A stretch of DNA of 64,000 nucleotides from contig NC_043013.1 of assembly GCF_006345805.1 (NCBI RefSeq), forward strand, positions 53,444,001 through 53,508,000, given 5' to 3'. Origin of the DNA: Octopus sinensis (Eukaryota). The notes under the pieces are model-generated. The model searched no databases. It was not told where the DNA came from and saw only the letters and a program-made list of their open reading frames with translations. Shown piece by piece: positions 40,112 to 53,428 of this stretch (the first letter of the stretch is position 1; each line of letters begins with the position of its first letter). The position numbers and the translations under genes are program-made.

Positions 40112-40734
40112 GGAAATATATTAATCTTTTAGATACATGTATACAGATATATAAATAGAAGTGCATATAAAATATATGCCTACAGAGTGATATAACTGTG
40201 TCGATATGTGCGTGTGGTGTATATTGTCATGTGAACCTATGCGTGAGTGTATGAGTACGTACGTGAGAATCTATATGCATATATACATGAATACACACAC
40301 ACAGATACATGCATGCGCGCGCGCGCGCGTGTGTCTGTGAATTTGGAGAAAACAAGACTGAAAACTTATTGTAGTTTGGCACTTCCATCATCGATTTTAT
40401 AATCCAAATTCTTCACAGTTGCATTTCGCTTCCTCTCAACATTGGAATATATTTTCCTCCCTGTATGGTTTTTTATTGCTCTTCGTCTTCTATTTTTTCT
40501 TTTTGTCTTTCCTATTGCTGTTTTTGTTGTTTTTGTTGTTGTTATCACTATTGAATATGCTGTTTCTTTAAGACATGTAAAATATTATAATACATTAGTT
40601 ATGATATTAATTCAAAATAATGCACCACGTTCATACATTCGCATACATATATGCATACGTTTGTAAACACACATTACACACATATACACACGTACGTGTG
40701 TATATATATATATATATATGTATGTGTAAGTATG

Positions 40735-40775
<41 letters not shown>

Positions 40776-40808
40776 CTTATATATCCATATTATATATATA
40801 TATTTGAT

Positions 40809-40857
<49 letters not shown>

Positions 40858-40874
40858 AGATAGATGATAGATAG

Positions 40875-40905
<31 letters not shown>

Positions 40906-41232
40906 GGTTATATACCATATTTTAGTAAAGAATCTGCTGATATATTGAAAGTTTAAGACGATTCGCTTTCTGTATTTTTATTTTATTTTCGGAACCAACG
41001 TAAAGCTCCACACCTCGCTTGGTATTTATGTGTAAAAGTGTATAAATGTGATATCTGGAGGGAATCAAGTCTGACTCATCAGACAGAATGGTATTTGCTT
41101 TCAGCTGAGTCGACTGGATAAATGAGAATTTCTTTTTTTCGAGGCCACAACGAAACAACCTGTCTATAATCGCGCGACCCTATTATAATACATTCCATTT
41201 TAATATATTCTATCAAATTATAGTATCTATTA

Positions 41233-42190
41233 AAGCGGTCAGCTGGCAGAAACGTTAGCACGCTGGGCGAAATGCTTTGCGGTATTTCGTCTGTCTTTTA
41301 CGTTCTGTATTCAAATTGCGCCGAGGTCGACTTTGCCTTTCATCCTTTGCGGGTCTATTAAATAAGTACCAGTTGCGCACCGGGGTCGATGTAATCGGCT
41401 TAATCCCTTTGTCCGCCCTTGTTTGTTCCCTCTCTGTTTAGCCCCCAGTGGGCAATAAAGAAATATATATATTATATTACATTCTATCATATTGTAGTAT
41501 TTATTAAGGCAGTGAGCTGGCAGAATCGTGAGCACGCCGGACGACATGCTTGGTAGCATCTCGTCCGTCTTTATGTTCTAGGATCAAACCCGCCGTGGTC
41601 GACTTTGCCTCAAACAATTTCGGGGTCAATAAATTAAATATAAGTTGAATACTGGGGCCGATTTAATGGACCCGCCCCCAAATGACAAGCCTTATGCCTA
41701 CAGTTGGAAGGATTTTATTATATTACGCTCTACCATATTATATAATTTATTAAGGCGGGGAGCTGGCAGTATCGTTAGCACGCCGGGCAAAATGCGCAGC
41801 CTCGTTTCGTCCCTCTTTACGTTCTGAGTTCAAATTCTGCCGAGGACGAATTTGTCTTTCATCTCTGGGGGTCAAGAAAATAAGTACTAGTTGAACACTG
41901 ATGTCGATGTAATCGACTTAACCCCCTCCCTCCCAAATTTCTGTCTTTGTGTCTATAGAAGATAGGATCATTTAAGGCGGTGAGCTGGCGGAATCGTTAG
42001 CACGCCGGATAAAATTCTTAGCGGCATTTCATCCGTCTTTACGTTCAGAGTTCAAATTCCACCGAGGTCGACTTTGCCTTTCATCCTTTCGAGGTCAATT
42101 AAATAAGTACCAGTTGAGTATTGAGGTCGATGTAGTCGACTCATACCCTCCCCCAAATTTACTGGCTTTGTGTCAAAAATTGAAACCAAT
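41233..42190 (+). mobile_element. Head-to-tail array of four SINE family B copies
   Basis: Heads (a)ggcggtgagctggcagaatcgttagcacgcc at ~41233, 41508, 41754, 41976. Confidence 0.9.
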
Positions 42191-42242
42191 GTAATAATAT
42201 TTATTATAATATGCAAAGCGCATCATGATCAGCGATGTCCAA

Positions 42243-42650
42243 CATCCGATAGCCTAGTCGGTCACGCGATTATATTAAGGAGGATGCCTATGATAGGAAG
42301 CGTGATGAATACTATGAGCTGGTAGAAGAGTACAGAAATCGGGGCTGGCAGGCATGGTGAAAGGCAATAGAAGCGGGATGTGGCGGTTCTGTTCCGGCGG
42401 CGATTATTCCGAAATTCGCCGACTGAGCTTTGAAAAAAAAAGGTCATAGGTTACATTGCTGAAACCTGAGGGAAGGCCAATCTGTGACTTCGGGTCAAAT
42501 ATTTTTCTGACCGGTTTGCTGTTATTGAGATGCAAGCTGGAACTTGATCGAACGGTTTTGGGTCATCAGGTTGCATAGGCGTGGAGGTCTGATGTTGAAA
42601 AACCCGAAACGCCCTGGGATTCCAGAAACACCACTGACAATGGATCACAT
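42243..42650 (+). mobile_element. 3' fragment of a Hero-like non-LTR retrotransposon
   Basis: EDAYDRKRDEYYELVEEYRNRGWQAW*KAIEAGCGG resembles K..KY..L...GW.....IEVGCRG endonuclease motif; 3' UTR ...gtctgatgttgaaaaacccgaaacgccc...cactgac. Confidence 0.7.
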
Positions 42651-42659
42651 TCATCCGTG

Positions 42660-42848
42660 AGATATATCACGAAATGCTTAGCGGTATTTTGTCTGTCTTT
42701 ACGTTCTGAGTTCAAATTCCGCAGAAATCGACTTTGCCTTTCATCCTTTCGCGGTGGATACATTAAGTTCCAGTTAAGTACTGGCGTAGATCTAATCGAC
42801 AAGCCCCCGCCCCTAATATTCCAGGCCTTGTGCCTTTAATAGAAAATA
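42660..42848 (+). mobile_element. 5'-truncated SINE family B copy
   Basis: cgaaatgcttagcggtattttgtctgtctttacgttctgagttcaaattccgc...ggccttgtgcc. Confidence 0.8.
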
Positions 42849-42865
42849 TATTATATTATATTATA

Positions 42866-43657
42866 CTAGTGGGGTCTGTCGAAATACCACAGAACGAAAA
42901 AATATTAAGAGAAGCTATTTAAGATGGAAAGAATGATGTTGATTTTTATTTCGCTGTCATTTCACTTCCAGTCACAATAATATATGGCTTTAGGAATTTC
43001 CTTTGACTAAGCACTTTATTAAAATTTTTTTCTCCTTCTCTCTACCTCTTCAACGTAATTCCCCTCTTCCTGTGTTTAACATTTCTCTTTCTCTTCAACT
43101 CTGATTTCCACTAACCACGTGAGTGGCAGCATAACGCATCGACTGGCTAGATGCTCTCTCACTCACTCTCTCCTTTCCTCTTCCTCTCTCTCTCTCTCTC
43201 TCTCTCTCACGCTAAAGCGTAAAGTGTGAACGATTAGGGAGAAGAAGAATATAGATTTAGTTCGATAAACAAGAATACTTCTCACCACCATCACCACCAC
43301 TCTACGTTATCTGCCGCTCTCTCTCTCTCTCTTTATTTCTCTCTCTCTCACTCTCACTCTCTCTTTTTTCTTCTCTCTCTCTCAATGTAGCTGCCTCCCC
43401 TGTCCATCTCTTTTTATCAGCCTTTCTTTAACCTCACACCAGAACATCACTGCTAAATATTCTATCTTCAACATATCTCTTTCTCTTTGCGTTTCCCTCC
43501 CCACCCTACCGCACGTCGTTAACACTTCTCTCTCCCTCTTTTCTCTCACCGTCTTTTCTCTTCCTCTTCCTCTCTCCCTTCAACTAATCACGTGACACAT
43601 TTGGCCTTATTATACATCTTTATCTACTTCTTCCTCACGACTTCCTTCTCTACTCAC

Positions 43658-43692
<35 letters not shown>

Positions 43693-43761
43693 TCTCTTTT
43701 ACTCCACCTCTCTAATTAACGAAAGTTAAGGGGCGGACGAACAAGCAGATTCTTATATAGA
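42866..43761 (-). mobile_element. Non-autonomous Helitron
   Basis: Minus strand starts A|TCtatataag, ends ccaCTAG|T, subterminal hairpin tctgtcgaaataccacaga; CT-rich interior. Confidence 0.65.
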
Positions 43762-44361
43762 TGCTACTATATTATATCACATTATAAACACGTGCTTCTG
43801 TGGTTACATGAATATCTAACCCTAATATAATGTTTCCATCTATTATAATGAAAATGAGAGACATCAGAGTGCCTCACGGCCTGACGCAGAATGATTTCGT
43901 CCGAAGAAGAGCATAATTATTTCCTACCGTTTCCTCTGTTGGGCTAAGTCTAACTTTTTGAGTCATATTTTAAAAATTTAATGATTGCAGAAACCCGACG
44001 CATCATGACGATGTGTCTATAGAATAAAACTAAGCATTTTCATTTTAACTTCTTTGTCAGTTTGTTTTGGCAGCAAGGAAATAGTTCTCTGTTTCGTTTG
44101 GAAAGGTTGCCAAAAGGAAGTGAAATCACTAACAAGGAATCAAAATCTAATGTCACATTCAGGAAACGCGCATACACACACACGCGCGCACACACACACA
44201 CGCACACTTGCAAGCAAACATATGCACACACACACACACGTCACGTCACGCATACAGAAAGAAATACATTAAGTTAGAATATTCTTCTCGGAACAAGTTC
44301 TAGTAACGACTATTCGAAGCCTGAAGTGAAAACTTGAAGAAACCATAAATATCAAATTTTC

Positions 44362-44520
44362 TATTCTAAGCACAAGGCCCGAAATGTTTTGGGGAGGGAA
44401 CCAGTCGATTAGACCGACCCCAGTATGCAACTGGTACTTAATTAATTTTTCGACTCCGAAAGGGATGAAAGGCAAAGTCGACCTTGGCGGAATTTGAACT
44501 CAGAACATAAAGACAGGAAG
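44362..44520 (-). mobile_element. SINE family B partial copy
   Basis: cacaaggcccgaaat...gatgaaaggcaaagtcgaccttggcggaatttgaactcagaac. Confidence 0.8.
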
Positions 44521-45542
44521 AATGCGAGAGAAATGGACAAGCTCGTACTCGAGTTTTGAACTTTTCAGAACACGTTTGTTATCGTAAAACACGTTTGTTA
44601 TCGGTCCTCGTCGGCTAGATCTACCGGAGAGACTAAATTAAAAATGTCCGCCACATCAATGCCTGTATACTCGGCCAATAGCCTCAGCCATAAACAGAAC
44701 CGAGATCAGTGAAAAAGTTTTGTATAAGACTACAAATATTATTACAATACAATAATATTATTTTCCAGCGAAATAAAACACCGTAAAATTAGAACCATAT
44801 ATGGTTTTAGGCTTTGACTGCTATTTTTAGTATGTAAGTAATCCACATACATGGTGGTTTTATTTTCGTGTGCATTTCATACACTCTTATATTTAAAAAT
44901 ATTTATGTCTTCTGACGCTTATTACGCATGCTACCCATTGGTAAATGATTATTTGATAATTTTAATCCTTATATTTGTAACGTTAAATACACACACGCGC
45001 GCGCTCATTGCTTGTCGTTAATTTGATATACATATTTCACATTCGTATACAACTAAGAATATATTGAACCACAGTTGAAGTCACAGTGTGTGTCTTCCTA
45101 TTCATAAATCTTTTTATAGTTATGCATTTTAGTTTATTTTATATGAACGCCTGTCTTACCTTGGCTGCCCAAAACCCGTTGAAGAAGAATGATGCAAAAA
45201 CAGCCTTCAGAAAATGAAGGGAACGATACTTCAATCAAAGACTGAATATTATGATGTCGTCGCTCTAACAGTGAGTGTTACATCACGCAAAAACTGGTTA
45301 ATATAATAAGTTATTCAAAGAGAAGCAGGGTGCAAGGCATTCCTTTACCCAATTCTTCTCTTTACTTTCACTGATATTGATCCTTTCCAAGAAATTCTAT
45401 GTCATCGAAATTATAAATGAGTGATGAGGTTTCATTTTGTGATGCCACGTTCTGTAAGCAAGTGGTCCATCATTCATCAATTTGGCATCAGCAACCTAAC
45501 TGAAGAATTTGGAGATATGATGATGTAGTTTCGCATATACAC

Positions 45543-45605
<63 letters not shown>

Positions 45606-45626
45606 GTGTGTGTGTGTGTGGGAGGT

Positions 45627-45657
<31 letters not shown>

Positions 45658-45971
45658 TGTGGCTATAAAGATATATACGTGTGCGTGTGTGCATGCGTGA
45701 GTGCGAGTATTCCTAGGTGATGAAGTGACTGGATGTTGATTTCTGGTGATTTCTCTTCCTTTAGGTGACTATTTCTATTGAAAGAGAAATAAATGTCACA
45801 GAACACATCCCAGACCTTCCTTCTCTTCTACACATCACTCTCACCGGAAAACTTTCCGCCATTTTCATTTCTTTCGAACAAATCACTTTATGGATCTCGG
45901 CAAGGTGGCAATCGTATAAATATTCATACTAACACAAATGCTTATACATACATACATATATACATATATAC

Positions 45972-46060
<89 letters not shown>

Positions 46061-46061
<1 letters not shown>

Positions 46062-46313
46062 TTGTATTTAGGAATGGTCATTTTGCCAGCTTAGCCAATA
46101 AAAACACACGCACTATATATTTGGTGTTTCTTTGCTTCAGCGTTATTTATTTTTACATTAATCTTAATCTTATTTCGGCCAGAGTTCTTACGTCACACTC
46201 CTGTGGCAGCATCAGTGGTCCTTTGCTTTCTTCTTTCTGGAAAAATGACCATTCCTAAATACAACTATATCTGTTTCAACACATGATTTCACATCCAACA
46301 TCTTGCAAAACAA

Positions 46314-46315
<2 letters not shown>
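46061..46315. mobile_element. Fold-back element with 29-bp arms, degenerate HHR-like motif and tail, in (TA)n
   Basis: 46061-46089 versus 46237-46265 complementary at 28/29; minus strand cactgatgctgcca...tggccgaaa. Confidence 0.6.
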
Positions 46316-46357
<42 letters not shown>

Positions 46358-47125
46358 ATTCTAAGAATATTTATTTGCTAACATAATGTAGCAATTCTGG
46401 ATGGGACGAATGTTACTGTTGTCTTTATGTTTTCGAACAGGGGAGCTCAGCATCCCCATCCAGTAAATGTTGGCAAATAGTCTTTACTCTAAATTACTGT
46501 TACTGAATATCTTTCTTTGAGAGGTTTAGAAATAATGTTTCTATTTATTAGATTAGTAACTATGTGTCACTTTGAAATTTATATATTTTCTAACGGGAAT
46601 TCAGCAGCGCCGTCTAGCCGAGCAGCTACTCTGTATTGATAAGGGGCAATAACCCAGAAATAGATCCACAGATGTTGTTTTGTGCTGGATGTGGGTGCTG
46701 AACTCCACTGTTCGAAAATATAAGGACACAGAAATTGTGTCGTATAGCCAGCTGAAAACGACTTTTCCTGGGGCTAAACAACAGTAACATTCGTCCCATC
46801 CAGGACTGCCACATTATGTTGGCTAATACACTTTACTTTAAATAACTGTTACTGAATATCTCTCTTTGAGAGATTTAGAAATAATGATGTTTCTATTTAT
46901 ATATATATAATCTTTCGTTGTTTTACTTGTTTCAGTCATTTGACTGCAGCCATGCTGGAGCACCGCTTTTAGTCGAACAAATCGAACTGAGGACTTATTC
47001 TTTGTAAGCCTAGTGCTTATTCTATCCGACACATCAGCCGAACCGCTATGTTGCGGCTACTTAAACACACCAACATCGGTTGCCAAGTGATAGTGGGGAG
47101 ACAAACACAGACACACAAACACACA

Positions 47126-47196
<71 letters not shown>

Positions 47197-47424
47197 ATAT
47201 ATATATATATATATAATGAAATATTAGGGAATAAATCCAAACTTAGATTTAGGATTGAATCCAATTTTATAGTAAAATATTATATTATATTAAATTAGAG
47301 ATAAAACCACTATTAGGCAAATCAAACAATGAAAAACTTAAGCCAATACATAAAATTAATTAATTTATATTATTTTAAATATATATATCAAAAGTATTAA
47401 AAGTTTAATAAAAGATAATGAGTA

Positions 47425-47498
47425 AAACACTACGATCGTTTCATGGCTGTCCAATTCGTAATAATTCGAGTTATGGTTACAGTCAATCTTCAGGTAAT
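47425..47498 (-). ncRNA. Type I hammerhead ribozyme, canonical core
   Basis: tac-CTGAAGA-ttgactgt...acagccat-GAA-AC-GATC-GT-A-gtg: 2-bp stem III with palindromic GAUC tetraloop, GUA triplet. Confidence 0.75.
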
Positions 47499-47542
47499 TG
47501 AAAAATTTATCTTTGCTAAACCTCGCTAAGACAAATATTTCA

Positions 47543-47617
47543 ATTACCTGAAGATTGACTGTAACCATAACTCGAATTATATACGAATTGGACAGCCATG
47601 AAACGATAGTAGTGTTT
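47543..47617 (+). ncRNA. Type I hammerhead ribozyme, inverted twin
   Basis: CTGAAGA 47548-47554, GAAAC 47600-47604, loop GATA then GTA. Confidence 0.7.
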
Positions 47618-47753
47618 TACTCATTATCTTTTATTAAACTTTTAATACTTTTGATATATATTTAAAATAATATAAATTAATTAATTTTATTTATTGGCTT
47701 AAGTTTTTCATTGTTTGATTTGCCTAATAGTGGTTTTATTTCTAATTTAATAT

Positions 47754-47852
<99 letters not shown>

Positions 47853-49592
47853 ACATATATATATACGACGAGCTTCTTTCAATTTCCGCCCACCAAATCC
47901 ACTCACAAAGCTTTGGTCGGCCGAGGATATATTAGAAGACTCTTGCCCAAGGTGCCACGCAGTAGAACTGACCCGGAATTATGTTGTTGGTAAGCAAGCT
48001 ACTTACCACATACCCACTCCTGCACATATATATATGTTATATATGTCTGTGTGTGTATGTGTGCGTATGTTTATGTGTGTGATGTGTACGTGTGTGTCTG
48101 GATGTGTGGATGTGTACGAGGATGATGTTTCGTTTTGTTTATTAATTCCGTAACCTCCCTCCATGAATTCTTTTCATTACCATTCATTTATTTCCTGACA
48201 GTCATGTTGGAAAGGTTTGATGCCACAACGGTGATTATTGCGAAGAATCGTTTAAAAGCCTTTTGTGCTGCAAGAGGCGAAGACAACAATAGCAAGAACA
48301 GTGAATTTATTGGAACTAAGCATAACAGAAAAGAAGAGAGTTGAAAAGTAAATAAATAAATAAAATCCGACGATTATGTCCTGAAGATTCTTGGAAAGAT
48401 ATATGGTGGAATTGTGCTGAAGAGTAAGATATAATCATTTTTCTGCGGCTCCAAATCGTTGATGATTACATAACTTTATGTTTATCTGTTTTTATTGTCA
48501 ATTGCGATGATTAATGATGTTATGGCGGTTATTTTTAATACTTCATTCCATGGCAATTTATATGCATGTATACACAAACACACACACACATAGTTGCAAC
48601 AGCACACTCACACACACGCACATATACACAGAGAATTGTATGCATGAATTTACACACATACATAATTAATTTTATATATATATATATATACATGTGTGTG
48701 TATATAACATGGCTTCTGCTACTCTTCCTTTCAGACGTGTGTGTGTGTTTCATATTTACATAAACTGGTCAGTGACGCGATTCAACTCCATTGAATTAGC
48801 TTTGAAAAATGCCTAAGACATTGAAGAATATGGGGGGAGGTTTGTTCTTCTGTAGACGGCAGTTCTATGTAACTGAAAATTGCGTGGTGCCGCAGAAGGT
48901 TTTAAAGGAGTTGCAGAAAATGTTGAATTTGTGGGATTAGTCTGTTTTCGAATCGGAGACAGTGACATGCAAATTACTCTCGTGGGATGTTGTTTTAGGT
49001 GAGCTTCCTTTTTTTAATTGTGCGAAAAATTTTTCAATCTATTTACCGAGGTTGAATGTCACTTTGATGAAATTTTATGAGAAATTGGTGAATTCTCTTC
49101 GTTTTTTCTTTGTTAATCTTTGTTCTGCGTTTTTGGAGATGGTGTGGGTGAACTGCGAAGTAAGCGATAGAGAAATGTCGAGGAAAAGAGCATATTTCGT
49201 AAAATCGTGATAAATTTCCTGATTGTTTTCCAATTATTGAAATATTTTTATTGTGATTCCAGCGCGAAAGAAATCCGTTCCTCAGCATGCATAGCTTCGT
49301 TCTTGATTTCCTGCTGGATATTTGCATTTTTTGCAATTATTTTACTGCATTGGCTGCAACAACACTTTTCTGTTATAAATTCACCGAATAAAAAATAATT
49401 ATATTTACTCATGATAGTTACTTATATATTCTTTTCACAATCTTCTCTATTTCTGTATACATACATACGTAGATATACATACATATATCCATACATATAT
49501 GTGTTTATACATACACACACATTCATATTATATATATTTATACACATTGATATACGTATATATATGTATGTATATATATATGTATACATATA

Positions 49593-49655
<63 letters not shown>

Positions 49656-49942
49656 TATATGTATATATATAGGTATATATATACATACATGTATGTGTAT
49701 GTGTGTATAAATATGTATATGTGTATATTATATATATGCATATATGTACGTATACATTTGGGTTAATATGTGTGTGGTACACGTGCAGTTATTTCCTGTG
49801 CAAGGAAACATATATGCATACACACACACACACATTCGCACACACGTATGGGAATTAGCGTGATGCATTTATATACATGAGTACAAAGAGATATGTTTGC
49901 ATCCACATGAGTGAATATGGATATACGTGTATGAAATTACAC

Positions 49943-50019
<77 letters not shown>

Positions 50020-51587
50020 ATACATATATATACATATACATACATATATACATAAATGTATGTATGTGATATGTGTGTATACAAATGCATGTAAATGTGT
50101 GGTTATATGTATGCGTGTATATCTGGGTTTTTATGTCTGAATGAGTGTATATATCCGAATACATATGTATATTTGTAAACCAGCGTGTATATATGTGCGT
50201 GCGTGTAATTTTATCCGCCTCCATTTTTTTTTTTTTTTATTTGCTATTGTATTTTGTTACTATATTTGCAACATTTATTTGTCTTGCTTTTTTTTTAAAT
50301 TTTATTCTTCCTATAATAATGATTCCCATTTAGTTTTCTCGAAGACAATTTTCAGCACATTTGCTCGCGATACCTTTTTTTTTATTTTTCCTTTTATTAT
50401 TTTTCTTTTCGCCTTTTTTACATCTAATTAATTTAGATGTCTTTCTTCAGCTTCCTTTAACATTCTCTGACTTTAAATGCAAATTAAATTCTACTAAAAC
50501 ATAAATCATGGATCCTTTAAAACTTGTTTATTTTCTCATTGTTTCCTTTTTATTTTATTCCAATTTCGAAAACTTCCCCTCGTTCTATCACTTAATTTTA
50601 TCATTTTATTATTATTCTACTATGTTTTCCCCACTTTTTGATATAAGTCTAGAGGGTTTTATTTTCTTTTTATAAATTTCACGTGTAAAACATAACAAAT
50701 TATTTTACGTTTAAAAATTATGAACACGACAATAGGGTGGGGGTAGGTTTTTTTTCTTCTTATTTATGGTAAGTGTCTCCTCAGCAAATGTTTATATAGT
50801 TGCAGTTACTTCATTTTGCTGACTCTATCACCCTCTATGTTTAGTTCAGGTTCGTAGAACAACCAATCTTTTATTGAATTGATTCCAAACGGCAAGGTCA
50901 CAGTTTCAAATGAAGTAAGAAAACATAATCAATGGAATATACCGTAAAATATCTCTGATAATTATTTTACCAACGCTGAAGTGTTGACTAAAACTTTAGC
51001 GTATCGGAAAAAAATATTTTGATGTGTTTGTTCCGGATTTTCAGGTTTTGAGTTCAAAACCAGCCACAGCCAACGTTCAACCTTCCGAAGTCGAAACATA
51101 TATAACCACTCAAGTACTAGGATCGATGGTATTGACAACCCTCCACGCAACCCTACCTCCCCAACCTTGGGACTTTGTGTCTAAATTAGAAACCATTATA
51201 ATGAGAAATATACATGACAAAGATAAAGTTTCTTATTGCTCTAAATAATGATGATGCTGTTGTTTTCCTGCACAGACAGGGCATATTTCAGACTGTACTC
51301 TTTTCAATAAGGGCCACAGTATGATTCATGAGAGGGTGTCGGCTGAAGGTTTATGCAGGTTCATTGCCTACAGGGAAAAAGAAAAAAAAGGGGTTGGGAT
51401 AAATATTCGCTTTAAAATTTATGGGCGAAGAACAAGAACCGGAAATGTTTAAACCACGATCGAAACTGGTTCACAATGTTCACTAGAAGTTCAGTAGCGA
51501 TAAACTTATATACACGTGTGCGTCTGTGCGTGTGCGTGCGTGCGTGCGTGTGTGATTTTGTGTGTGAGCGTGTTTACGTATGAATAA

Positions 51588-51618
<31 letters not shown>

Positions 51619-51871
51619 CCCATATACATACTAACAAATATATATATATATATGCATTTAAAAGTAGGTATCCATCTACACACACACACACACATATATA
51701 TATATATGTGTGTGGGAGGGTATGTATATATATACATATATATGTATATATATGTACATATATGAATATATGTATATACATGCATATATATGTACATATA
51801 TATATGCATATATATGTATATGCATATACATATATATATGTATATATGCACATATATATTGTTGTTGTTAC

Positions 51872-52110
51872 TGTGTTAGCCTTCAAATGACGCCACCCCG
51901 CTGGCTAAGCGAGCAGGCCAACAGAAGAAAGAGTGAGGGAAAGTTGTGGCGAAAGAGTACAGCAGGGATCGCCACCACCCCCTGCCGGAGACTCGTGGAG
52001 CTTTAGGTATTTTCGCTCAATAAACACTCACAACGCCCGGTCTGGGAATCGAAACCGTAATCCTACGACCGCGAGTCCGCCGCCCTAACCACTGGGCCAT
52101 TGCGCCACCA
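51872..52110 (-). mobile_element. tRNA-derived SINE family C
   Basis: Minus strand ggcgcaatggcccagtggttagggcggcggactcgcggtcgtagg...ggtttcgattcccagacc (A/B boxes); second copy at 54073-54347. Confidence 0.85.
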
Positions 52111-52194
52111 CATGTACATATACATATATATATATACATATATATATATTATAGATATATATATATATATATATATAATATATATATATATATA

Positions 52195-52248
<54 letters not shown>

Positions 52249-52261
52249 CATATATATATAT

Positions 52262-52460
52262 ATCTTTTATTATCAAAGTTGCAAAAACAGTACAAAAACT
52301 GTGACTCTGAGTTTCACGTACCCGTTCGTTTAACAGATTTGTTTAAGACTGGAATCAAATTGTGAAGGTACGTGTAATATATGAAATCACAAATTACATG
52401 AACCATCACAATTTTATTGCAGTCTTGACAAACGGGAACGTGAAAATTTGTGTCACCGTA
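52262..52460. mobile_element. Fold-back element with two degenerate HHR motifs
   Basis: Arms ~52299-52378 and ~52393-52458; minus strand ctgt-taaacga-acg-ggta-cgt-GAAActcagaGTC-acag. Confidence 0.65.
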
Positions 52461-52476
52461 ATACACACACAAACAA

Positions 52477-52514
<38 letters not shown>

Positions 52515-52516
<2 letters not shown>

Positions 52517-52652
52517 TGAATCCAAACAAAGAAGGACAAACAAGAAAAGACAATAATGCGAGAACGTGGTACAAGTACTGTATTATCAGACGCTCAGGAA
52601 AGGAAGGAAAGAGGAATTAACGTTTCGAGCGAAGCTCTTCCTCAGAAATAGA
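52515..52652 (-). mobile_element. Solo Penelope-like pLTR with hammerhead motif (52615-52650)
   Basis: Minus strand attt-CTGAGGA-agagcttcgctc-GAAACGTT-aatt...ttcctgagcgtctgataata...gtttggattcaa, homologous to 9910-10035; shorter remnant at ~53350-53430. Confidence 0.75.
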
Positions 52653-53320
52653 GCTTCAAAACTTACCGAACGCGCAAAGGCATATCTTTCAAAATGCCAC
52701 CCGAACAACTGACAAGTGAAGAAATGGGACATTTTATGAAATTTACTTTAATATAGTAATTTGATAATAAATGTCATTTTCAAAATGTACCAAGTGGAAC
52801 TTTCTCTGATATTCCTTCGGGGTTTAGAGATGAGTAAATAGTGCAGGTTCAAGAATCAACCAATTTTATTTGCGTGATACAAATAGGATTAAATTCGAAC
52901 TGTTAATGATGTGCCTTTCGATAATTCAGAGAGAAAGATGAGAAGATACGGGTAGCTGAAATGGCGACAGAGATCGCGACAAAAGACTGTTCTCGTGATG
53001 CAATTTGTCGAGAGTTTTTACGGACATTGTTTATATATTTATTTATTTATAATGAGTTACAATTATCTGGTGATTTGTAGTTCATTCGACACTGGTCGGG
53101 AAACGGAAGTTGCGTAGTTATATATATACATACATATATACACACATACATGCATACGTTCATACACACACATATAGGAATATATAGGCAGTTAGAAGAT
53201 GGAAAGATATGTATATATGTGTGTGTGTATACACACATATATACATATACATGATTTTATATACACACACATGCATACTTATATATCAACATATATATAA
53301 ATAGATAATCAAATATATAC

Positions 53321-53351
<31 letters not shown>

Positions 53352-53428
53352 GTTAATCCATACAACAAAGCACAAAAAACACAACGCGAGGACGTGGAAC
53401 AAATATAGTATTATTGGACGCTCAGGAA

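Larger units (their letters stand above)
47215..47751. mobile_element. ~460-bp palindrome (arms ~47289-47517 and ~47526-47751) with an HHR in each arm plus a one-sided tail
   Basis: Arms near-perfect reverse complements around taaacctc; flanked by (TA)n. Confidence 0.85.
46911..48025 (-). mobile_element. SINE family A copy split by an insertion in its internal microsatellite
   Basis: Tail 46911-47110 and head 47865-48025 both match family A reverse complement. Confidence 0.8.

Noticed and set aside
48800-49200. Minus-strand words FLDISL and QFTHTIS resembling PLE RT
   Set aside because: Motifs are out of order and no continuous frame; unsupported without a profile search.
52030-52110. tRNA gene
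   Set aside because: tRNA-like head continues into a body shared with 54073-54347, so it is a SINE.
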